From Candidatus Parcubacteria bacterium (GTDB lineage: Bacteria > Patescibacteriota > Minisyncoccia > UBA6257 > JAGOQP01): a stretch of 36,252 bases of DNA. This document shows positions 8,606-15,815 of this stretch, piece by piece. The stretch is from assembly GCA_025999395.1 (NCBI GenBank), contig AP024682.1, positions 135,386 through 171,637 of the forward strand, in the 5' to 3' direction. Both the position numbers and the translations under genes were made by a program. The first letter of the stretch is position 1. Each line of letters opens with the position of its first letter. A model generated the notes under the pieces. It did not search any database and had not been told where the DNA came from. It saw only the letters and a list, made by a program, of their open reading frames with translations.

Positions 8606-9499
8606 ATGCTGAAAATAAATTACAAAAATCCTTTTTTTGTTTTTGGGGTTATTGTTGTCCTATTTTTTGGTTCTTGGTTATTTTTGGGCTCGAAGAAAAA
8701 TTTGTCTTTTCAAGAAAACAACTCCTTTTTTGAAGAGGAAAAAAACTCTGCTAAACCGGAGGTTAATTTTAATGCAGGGAAGGGAAGCTCTTTAAAATGG
8801 ATAGAAGAATTAAATCCCAATTCTTCTGACTTGAAAAGTTCCGATTCTGATTTTAGATCTTCAACGGGAAACAATAATTCTTTAAATTTAACTGATCTAG
8901 TTTCTCAAAATCTTGCCTCGGAATTTCTTTCCAAGGTTGATTTTTCTCAAATTAAAAAATCTCCCAAAAATTTTACTCAGCAACTCCAGTCAATTAATTT
9001 GGACTCTTTTGATGTGGAAAAAATTTTGAAGGAAAATCCTCTGGGCTTTGTTCGAGATATTAAAGAAATTGACGAAACTCAGCTTAAAATAATTCAAGAT
9101 AATTCTTTAGAAACTATTCAAAAATATGGTCGAGAATACGGCCTTATTTTTTCTCAAGCAGGAGGAAGTCTGGCAAATGATTTAGATAAATTTGGTGACT
9201 TACTTTTAAATCCGGAAAGTCCTCAGAATTCTAGTCAGCTAAAACAAATTATCTCTGATTTAAAACAGGGAGAGGAAAAGTTAAAGAACTTGCCGGTTCC
9301 TAGCGGTCTCGTCTCTTTTCATAAAAGAACTTTAGCTTTTATAAAAAACTCTCTTGTTTTTCTGGAAGCAATCGTTACTGGTGAAGACGATCCGGTGCGT
9401 GCCTACTTGGCAGTTAAAGATGGATTTTCTATAATTTCTTCAGATGTTAACTATTTAGATAGGGAATTTAAAAAGCTTTCTCAACGGTACAATTTTTAG
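8606..9499 (+). CDS. Hypothetical bitopic membrane protein; first gene of the T4SS-like block
   Basis: 297 aa with an N-terminal TM segment FFVFGVIVVLFFGSWLFLG, a Ser/Asn-rich linker and a C-terminal domain of about 150 aa. I recognise no family. It ends 3 nt before the next gene. Confidence 0.55.
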   Translation: MLKINYKNPFFVFGVIVVLFFGSWLFLGSKKNLSFQENNSFFEEEKNSAKPEVNFNAGKGSSLKWIEELNPNSSDLKSSDSDFRSSTGNNNSLNLTDLVSQNLASEFLSKVDFSQIKKSPKNFTQQLQSINLDSFDVEKILKENPLGFVRDIKEIDETQLKIIQDNSLETIQKYGREYGLIFSQAGGSLANDLDKFGDLLLNPESPQNSSQLKQIISDLKQGEEKLKNLPVPSGLVSFHKRTLAFIKNSLVFLEAIVTGEDDPVRAYLAVKDGFSIISSDVNYLDREFKKLSQRYNF

Positions 9500-9502
9500 T
9501 TT

Positions 9503-11089
9503 ATGAAAGATTTTTTTCAAAAATTAGTTTCCCTTTTTATTCTTTTTTCTTTGTTGGCGGAATTTTCCTTGGCTCTTTTTCTTGTTAAACCAAAAGTAGC
9601 AGAAGCATCATGGCCTTCTTTTGAAGTTGGTAGCGTCCCAGAATTTATAAGCTTGCTTTGGGAAAAAGCTCAGGCTGTTTGGGATGCGCTAGATAAAAAA
9701 TATCGTGACTTAATTGTCCGCATCATTATTATGAAAATGCAGCAGGACATTGTTAAATCTATTGAGGAAGGGAGCTTATATGTTTCTGATTGGGGAAGTT
9801 TTTTAAAGGAAAACGTCGCTAATGTTGCTTTTGATGAGTTTAATAATTATATAAAAGGAGTATCGGAGGGAAAAATAGATTTGTGTAATCCTTTTAGTGT
9901 CCAAGCGCTCACTTTTTCTGTCCAAGCTTCTCTGGGGATGGTGGGTGTTACTAATAAACCTTATTATGGTTTACCAATAAGTTGTACCTTCGATGAATTT
10001 AAAGCTAATTTGCAAAATATTTCTAGTCTGATTGAAAGAGGCGGATGGGTTTCTTTGGATATAGCCTTTTCTCCTGATGTTAATCCATATTTGTTTTCTT
10101 GGAAAGTTCAGGATTCTTTTTTGAAAAAATTTGGAGAAGAGAAAGAAAAAAGAAAATCTGAGGCTGAGTCTTCGGGAGGATTTTTGGGTCAGAAAACGTG
10201 TTTAGCAAGCAGGGATGGAAGAACGCGTGAAGAGATAGTGGCTTTTTGTAGTGGAAGAGATGCTAATGGGAATCCAGAATATAAAGCTCAAGGATTTAAC
10301 AGTGTAAGCGAATGTGTTGAGGGTCTATTAAGAGATCAAGCGATAGGAGGGGGTTGCGCTCAGGAGGGCATTCTTACTCCGGGCCAAATGGTTTCTGATG
10401 CAATTATGGAGGCGATGGGAGGGGATTTTGATTATTCAGCTAATGTCCAAAGTGCGATCGCGGCGATTGTCAATGCTATTGTAGCTAAAATGATAAGAGA
10501 AGGACTCTCTTCTGGTTCAAAGGGAGGAAATTCTTATGGAGTGGAGAGCGGAGATTTGGCGGGTACTGGATTTGAAGATTTCGAAGGAAGTAGATTTAAA
10601 CAGGATTTAGAAGATGCTCAACAAAAGTATCAGGAAATAATTACTTATTTAGAGCAGGATTTGATTCCAGCTACCGATCAAATTTTGTCGCTTATTCAAT
10701 CCAAAAATTTGGAGGATCCTAATTGTTCGGTAAGAAATATGCAGGTTGAAGTAGACGAAGGAGGGGGGACAAAGAAGATTTATACTGTTGCTGAATTAGT
10801 TGATTTAGTTAAAAATTTGAATGCCGTTGCTCTTCAAGCTAAAACAGAAGCTGAAGCAAATAAAAACGAAATTGATTCTTTGTTAAGTCAGGAAAATCCT
10901 CCACAAACTGAGGTAGTGAATGCTTTAAATAAACTCTCCTCCTTTGAAAGAAATTATCAGATTATTGTTCAGGATGTTGAGTTGGTTAACGGTGGCCAAG
11001 AGAGCAATCTTTTGCTGATGCTTTCTAATATTTATGCTGTTTTATCAAGGGACGATATTAATTGTTCAACATCTCAACCAACTCCCTAA
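9503..11089 (+). CDS. Hypothetical secreted Cys-containing protein with C-terminal coiled-coil regions
   Basis: 528 aa. The signal-peptide-like N-terminus is LFILFSLLAEFSLALFLVKPKVAEA followed by SW. Several spaced Cys residues are present. Heptad-like helical stretches include QDLEDAQQKYQEIITYLEQDL and ALQAKTEAEANKNEIDSLLSQ. I recognise no family. Confidence 0.6.
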   Translation: MKDFFQKLVSLFILFSLLAEFSLALFLVKPKVAEASWPSFEVGSVPEFISLLWEKAQAVWDALDKKYRDLIVRIIIMKMQQDIVKSIEEGSLYVSDWGSFLKENVANVAFDEFNNYIKGVSEGKIDLCNPFSVQALTFSVQASLGMVGVTNKPYYGLPISCTFDEFKANLQNISSLIERGGWVSLDIAFSPDVNPYLFSWKVQDSFLKKFGEEKEKRKSEAESSGGFLGQKTCLASRDGRTREEIVAFCSGRDANGNPEYKAQGFNSVSECVEGLLRDQAIGGGCAQEGILTPGQMVSDAIMEAMGGDFDYSANVQSAIAAIVNAIVAKMIREGLSSGSKGGNSYGVESGDLAGTGFEDFEGSRFKQDLEDAQQKYQEIITYLEQDLIPATDQILSLIQSKNLEDPNCSVRNMQVEVDEGGGTKKIYTVAELVDLVKNLNAVALQAKTEAEANKNEIDSLLSQENPPQTEVVNALNKLSSFERNYQIIVQDVELVNGGQESNLLLMLSNIYAVLSRDDINCSTSQPTP

Positions 11090-11104
11090 TTCATTGCTTG
11101 ATTT

Positions 11105-13384
11105 ATGACGGAATTATTTAAAAAAAATAACAAAAAAGAAAAAAATCGGTTTTTTTGGCGGAAATCTCAGAAAATTATCCTCTTAATTCTCTTAATTTAT
11201 TTATCACTAGGGTTTTATCAAATAGCAGAGGCTCAGTCAGCAATTTTAGGTCTCGGCAGTGCCGCTTTAAGGTTTGTTCTCAACCTCTTAACTTTTGCTA
11301 TTGGAGCGTTTCATTGGTTTGTGGGGGCGGTTCTTTTTAAATTTGCCGGGCTTACTTTGAATTTTGCTTTCAATGTTAATTTAAATCTTCTCTCGGATTT
11401 GAACGAAAATCATTTTATTCTAATCGGTTGGACTATTTTTAGAGATTTAGCTAATTTGGGCTTTGTTTTCGGGATTATAGTAATTGCAGTAGCTACGATC
11501 CTAAGATTTAAGAGTTATACCTATCAGACGCTATTACCTAAATTTATCGCCGCTGCTCTTTTAGTAAATTTTAGCTTAGTAATTGCTTCTTCTATTATTA
11601 GTCTTTCAGATGTTTTCTCTAACTTTTTTATTTCTTCTTCCAGCAACGGTTCGATTGATGCTTTAGCTAGAAAGATTGTAGATAAGAGTATGGTTATTAG
11701 AATTATAGAAGGAGGGCCCTCTGAAGAGGAAGAAAATCTGATGATAGAAAGCATACCAGATCAATCTGAAATAAATGAAATAAAAAAGAAAGATGAAAGC
11801 GGACTTTCTATTGTTTTTTATGAATTTGGAGGGGTTCTTGTTTCAACCTTGGTGATGTTTTTTGTTTTTATTACCCTTTTGACTATGGCTCTCTACTTAA
11901 TTCTAAGATACTTTAATCTAGCTTTTTTGCTTATTCTTTCTCCGATAGTTTGGATTTTATGGGTTTTTCCTGCTACCTCTGGCTATTGGAAAAAATGGTG
12001 GCAATCTTTTATTCACTGGGTTTTTATGCCTCCTCTTATTCTTTTTTTCATTAACATAACTCTAGTATTTTTAAGTGGAAGTGATGGTGGTTTTGGTTCG
12101 CGAGCCAAAGAGGTTGTTTCTTCTGCTCAATCAGGGAGTATTGCTGGGATTGGGTTTGAAAATTTAATGCTTCCCTTAATGGCAGGAGCGCTTCTTTTAG
12201 GAGGATTAAAGATTTCTCAAACAATGGGATTTGCGGGGGCGTCGTTTGTACTAAACAGGGCTGAAACATGGGGAAAACGGGTTAGTGGATGGGCCAAAGG
12301 AAAAGCAGAGAGAGCTGGCTATAGGGTTGCACGAGTCCCAGGGAAAGCCATCGGTAAAGCTGGAGAATGGATTGCTAAAAAAACCGCTGGTTCTAAAATT
12401 GCAAAATGGACCGGTCTTCACGCTCTTGCCCGAGGAGGTGTAGCAGTTGGAGCCTTAGCAGAAAGAAAAGCTGCGGAGAGCTTTGAATATGCAAGAAAAA
12501 AATATTCTAAATATGACAAAAAGAGACTTCAATCTATAGCCGGAGCCGTTAGTGGGGTAGAAAAGCAAGCGGTAGTTTCTCTTCTGCAAGAACGTGATTG
12601 GTTAGATAAGGAGACCATCGCAAGACTTGGCGGGAAAAGAGAGATTCTTAAAATGAAATCCGACTACGAAAAATGGGGTAAGGGTAAAGAATTTGGAGAG
12701 ATCGAAAAATCATTTGGAGTTTCTGCAAAGATTCAAGATAAAATCGATGAAGCTGCATCCAAACTTTCTAAAGGGGCGATAACTTTTAATAAGGCTGTGG
12801 AGGATTTAAGTGAAGCAACCAGAGAATTTGTTAGTAAGCTTAGTGATGCTGATTGGAGAAAGGTTGGAAAGGGTTTATTTGGTAGAAATCCTGACGAAAT
12901 GGCTGATTTAAGCGATGGAGAAAGAGCATATCTTGCTAGTGTTGCTAAAGAAATAAATCAGGATCCATCAGGTAAGAGATTTTATAGAGTAGCTTCTCGA
13001 TTAGAAGGAGAGCAGATGTACGAGTATGCCGCTACATTATATATGAATTTGGAAAATCTTTTGCCTGGGGTGGATAGGCATTTTGTCGCAACCGAATTGA
13101 ATAAAGCAAGAAATGCTTATAAAACGGGTAATAGGGATCAAGCGCTTGAAATTTATTCAAATCTAGTTCAAAAAATTGTTGATGAATTCAAGGCTAATAG
13201 CAAGACTCTTACTCCAGAGCAAAAAAGATTGTATGAAAGAATAAAAAAGTCAATAATAAGTGATGCTTTGGGGTCTGCATACGGAGGCCCTCCTCCATCT
13301 TCTGCTCCAAGTGCTGGTGGCGGAGGAGGTGCTGCTGGAGGGGGTGCTGCCGGAGGGGGCGCGGGTGGAGGCTCTACCCCGTAA
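11105..13384 (+). CDS. VirB6/TrbL-like polytopic membrane protein with a long hydrophilic C-terminal domain and a Gly/Ala tail
   Basis: 759 aa. There are about 8-9 hydrophobic helices in aa 20-385, then about 370 aa of Lys/Glu/Ala-rich soluble sequence ending in GGPPPSSAPSAGGGGGAAGGGAAGGGAGGGSTP. The architecture and the position immediately before PrgI/VirB4 genes match VirB6/TrbL/PrgH-type channel components. The assignment rests on architecture and context, not on a recognised motif. Confidence 0.6.
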   Translation: MTELFKKNNKKEKNRFFWRKSQKIILLILLIYLSLGFYQIAEAQSAILGLGSAALRFVLNLLTFAIGAFHWFVGAVLFKFAGLTLNFAFNVNLNLLSDLNENHFILIGWTIFRDLANLGFVFGIIVIAVATILRFKSYTYQTLLPKFIAAALLVNFSLVIASSIISLSDVFSNFFISSSSNGSIDALARKIVDKSMVIRIIEGGPSEEEENLMIESIPDQSEINEIKKKDESGLSIVFYEFGGVLVSTLVMFFVFITLLTMALYLILRYFNLAFLLILSPIVWILWVFPATSGYWKKWWQSFIHWVFMPPLILFFINITLVFLSGSDGGFGSRAKEVVSSAQSGSIAGIGFENLMLPLMAGALLLGGLKISQTMGFAGASFVLNRAETWGKRVSGWAKGKAERAGYRVARVPGKAIGKAGEWIAKKTAGSKIAKWTGLHALARGGVAVGALAERKAAESFEYARKKYSKYDKKRLQSIAGAVSGVEKQAVVSLLQERDWLDKETIARLGGKREILKMKSDYEKWGKGKEFGEIEKSFGVSAKIQDKIDEAASKLSKGAITFNKAVEDLSEATREFVSKLSDADWRKVGKGLFGRNPDEMADLSDGERAYLASVAKEINQDPSGKRFYRVASRLEGEQMYEYAATLYMNLENLLPGVDRHFVATELNKARNAYKTGNRDQALEIYSNLVQKIVDEFKANSKTLTPEQKRLYERIKKSIISDALGSAYGGPPPSSAPSAGGGGGAAGGGAAGGGAGGGSTP
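13328..13372 (+). repeat. In-frame GC-rich tandem 15-nt repeat (ggtgctgctggaggg / ggtgctgccggaggg / degenerate ggcgcgggtggaggc) encoding GAAGG-GAAGG-GAGGG
   Basis: Read directly from the sequence. It sits at the extreme 3' end of the VirB6-like gene and contrasts strongly with the AT-rich surroundings. Confidence 0.75.
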
Positions 13385-13418
13385 TAATAACTAATAATTT
13401 AGTCAATGTTATTGCATT

Positions 13419-14435
13419 ATGTATTACGCTAGTCAAAAAGAGATATTGGAGAGATGGAAAAATATTCCTGAAATCTTGAAAGACGCTATAAATTCCGAAT
13501 CACTTATTGGCGAAATTGAAAAATTATCCTCGAATTTCGGGTTGAATGAGGATAGACTTTTAAACCTTTTAAGGATTGTTCGAGGAGTTTTTTTAGGTTT
13601 TATCCATCTTCAGGATTTGTATAAGGAAATAAAAGAATCTTTAAACATTGATCCAAGGCTGGCTTTGGATATTTATCATCAGTTAGAGCAAAAGATTTTT
13701 TCTCCTTTCCGAAAAGAGATTGAAGAGGTTTATTTAAAGTTTCAAGTAGGAGCAATTGAGCCTCATCAAGTTGAGGAACCCGCTGTCGGTCCTTCTCAGG
13801 TTATTTTAAAAAAAGAAGAGGAAGATTTAACCTTAAATCTTAAGCCAACCGAAGCCGTGTCAAAACCCGCTCTTGAAGAAAGGCCAGAGGAGGTAAAAAA
13901 GGTAGAAGCAGAGGAAATAAGTAAAAAAGATTTAGCTGAGCCCAAGCCTCAAATTATTTCTTCAGAAACAATTAAGCCAGAAACTCAAATCGAAGAAACA
14001 AAAACAGCTACTCAAGCTAAAGAGGTTTCTCAAGAAGAAAAGAAACCCTCGGCAGAAACTCAAGAGGGCCCGGTAATTATTCATCAGGAAGCAGAGTCGC
14101 TTACTCAAAGTAAAGCTACGGATAAATTTAGGATGATTTCTTTTGGAGGTTTTCAGGGAGCGTTTAAGAACCCTCCTTTCTCTTCCAAAACCCAAGAGTT
14201 GTCTTCTCAGGCTACCATCGAAACTCCTATTACTTTAAAAAAGGAACCAGAAGAAAAAGGAAAAATTCCTGTAGTAATAAAAAAATACGACAGCTCACCC
14301 TCTAAAACTGTTCACATTAGCACCTTTAAGACTGATTTAAAGCCAAAGGATAAGGAGGAAAAAGAAAGTATTGATCAGCAAAACCCTTCTCATCCCCAAG
14401 AACCTCAACAAACAATCGATCTTTCTAAATTGTGA
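13419..14435 (+). CDS. Hypothetical soluble protein: folded N-terminal domain of about 110 aa plus a long Lys/Glu/Pro/Thr-rich disordered region
   Basis: 338-aa ORF with no hydrophobic segment. The composition from about aa 115 onward is low complexity (EEPAVGPSQ..KPTEAVSKPALEERPEEVKKVEAEE..ETKTATQAKEVSQEEKKPSAETQEG). I recognise no family. Confidence 0.5.
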   Translation: MYYASQKEILERWKNIPEILKDAINSESLIGEIEKLSSNFGLNEDRLLNLLRIVRGVFLGFIHLQDLYKEIKESLNIDPRLALDIYHQLEQKIFSPFRKEIEEVYLKFQVGAIEPHQVEEPAVGPSQVILKKEEEDLTLNLKPTEAVSKPALEERPEEVKKVEAEEISKKDLAEPKPQIISSETIKPETQIEETKTATQAKEVSQEEKKPSAETQEGPVIIHQEAESLTQSKATDKFRMISFGGFQGAFKNPPFSSKTQELSSQATIETPITLKKEPEEKGKIPVVIKKYDSSPSKTVHISTFKTDLKPKDKEEKESIDQQNPSHPQEPQQTIDLSKL

Positions 14436-14479
14436 TAAAATTCTTTTGGTGGCTTTTTGTATTTTTAATTTAATTTACT

Positions 14480-15010
14480 ATGGCTCAGTTTGAAGTCCCT
14501 CAATTTATAGATGTAGAAAGTAAAATTGTTGGTCCCCTTACTTTAAAGCAGTTTGCGTTTATTGCGGTGCCGGGGCTAATTTCTTTCTTTCTCTTTTTCA
14601 TCTTAGCCCGATTTATTTGGGTAATAGTTTCTTTTGTTTTAATTGTAACGGGAATTCTTTTTGCTTTTATAAAAATTAATGGACGCCCTCTTTATTTACT
14701 AACTTTTTACGCTTTTCAATTCTTTTGGAAACCCAAGGTTTATCTTTGGAAGAGGGCAATTGTAGAAGAAGAAATTGTTGTTCCAACAGCAGTAGTTAAT
14801 GCTCAAAGAAATTCTCTAAAAGATAGAGCCGCTGGAATTTATAGCAGCGTCTCCAAACTTTGGCAAAACTTGACTACTTCTAAAAATCCTATTCCTCAAA
14901 GAGAAAAATCAGTTCCCAAAAAATCAATCGCTGAGATTAAGGAGCAGTATATGGTCTTTCGCAAACTTACCGGTGAGCGCGAAGTAGCCAAAAGAGTTGA
15001 TTATCGGTAG
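14480..15010 (+). CDS. PrgI-family (VirB3-like) small membrane protein
   Basis: The N-terminus MAQFEVPQFIDVESKIVGPLTLKQFAFIAVPGLISFFLFFIL is followed by a second TM segment (FIWVIVSFVLIVTGILFAFI). This is the pattern of PrgI-family proteins that precede VirB4 in Gram-positive-type T4SS loci. At 176 aa it is longer than typical family members. Confidence 0.65.
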   Translation: MAQFEVPQFIDVESKIVGPLTLKQFAFIAVPGLISFFLFFILARFIWVIVSFVLIVTGILFAFIKINGRPLYLLTFYAFQFFWKPKVYLWKRAIVEEEIVVPTAVVNAQRNSLKDRAAGIYSSVSKLWQNLTTSKNPIPQREKSVPKKSIAEIKEQYMVFRKLTGEREVAKRVDYR

Positions 15011-15086
15011 TTTGAAAAGAGCCTGTCTTAATAATTCTTCTTTTTATTTTTTTAAGACGATCGTTTTATGTTATAATAACCAAACT

Positions 15087-15782
15087 ATGGCTGAAAAAGA
15101 CGAAAAAACAACAGAAAGGGTAATTCTTCCTCCCAATTCTACTCAGCAGTTTGTTGATGTTGAAAAGATTAAGGACGGAGTAGTTTTTTTGAAAGATGGC
15201 TCCTTAAGAGCGGTTTTAATGGTGGCGGGGATTAACTTTGAATTAAAATCAGAGGAGGAGCAAGACATTATTACTAATGCTTACCAAGATTTTCTTAATT
15301 CTTTGGATTTTTCTCTTCAGATTATTATTCATTCCCGAAAATTAAATATTGATAATTATTTAAAAAGAATGGAGGCTATTCGCTCGAAAGAGCCCAGTGA
15401 GCTTCTGCGAAATCAGATAGATGAATACATCTCTTTTATTAGAGAGTTTGTTAAACAAAATGAAATTATGACTAAAACTTTTTTTGTAGTGATTCCTTAT
15501 GAAGCTGGGGGAGCACAAGCTTTGAAAAAAGGGTTCTTTGATTTTTTGCCATTTTTAACTTCTAAGAAAAAAGCCTCAAACGCTCAAAAGGAAAGTCAAG
15601 AGCAAAGCATTATCCAGTTAAGACAAAGAGTAGAGCAGGTGGCAATAGGCTTAGAAAGAATTGGCTTAAGGGCGGTTCCTCTTAATGATGAAGAGTTGAT
15701 AGAGCTTTACTATAATCTTTATAATCCGGAAACCGTCGAAAAAGAACTACCTAAAAGTGAAAAGGAAGAAGTTTTATCTTAA
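15087..15782 (+). CDS. VirB4-family N-terminal domain encoded as a separate ORF
   Basis: TQQFVDVEKIKDGVVFLKDGSLRAVLMVAGINFELKSEEEQDIITNAYQDFLNSLDFSLQIIIHS matches the N-terminal region of full-length Gram-positive VirB4/TrsE-type ATPases. The track ORF starts at 14997, but its first 30 codons (MIIGSLKRACLNNSSFYFFKTIVLCYNNQT) read like intergenic sequence and overlap the previous gene. I therefore place the start at ATG 15087. Confidence 0.55.
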   Translation: MAEKDEKTTERVILPPNSTQQFVDVEKIKDGVVFLKDGSLRAVLMVAGINFELKSEEEQDIITNAYQDFLNSLDFSLQIIIHSRKLNIDNYLKRMEAIRSKEPSELLRNQIDEYISFIREFVKQNEIMTKTFFVVIPYEAGGAQALKKGFFDFLPFLTSKKKASNAQKESQEQSIIQLRQRVEQVAIGLERIGLRAVPLNDEELIELYYNLYNPETVEKELPKSEKEEVLS

Positions 15783-15815
15783 ATTATGAATGCTTAAACT
15801 AATTTTTATCTTTAT

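Noticed and set aside
14997-15086. N-terminal 30-codon extension of the VirB4 N-domain ORF
   Set aside because: The extension overlaps the end of the PrgI-like gene and reads MIIGSLKRACLNNSSFYFFKTIVLCYNNQT, which looks like translated intergenic DNA. ATG 15087 (MAEKDEK...) is the more plausible start.
15780-15797. Stop-codon recoding or read-through joining the two VirB4 ORFs
   Set aside because: Two separate TAA codons would have to be read through. TAA is used as an ordinary stop by most genes in the window, so a genuine split or a local lesion is more parsimonious.
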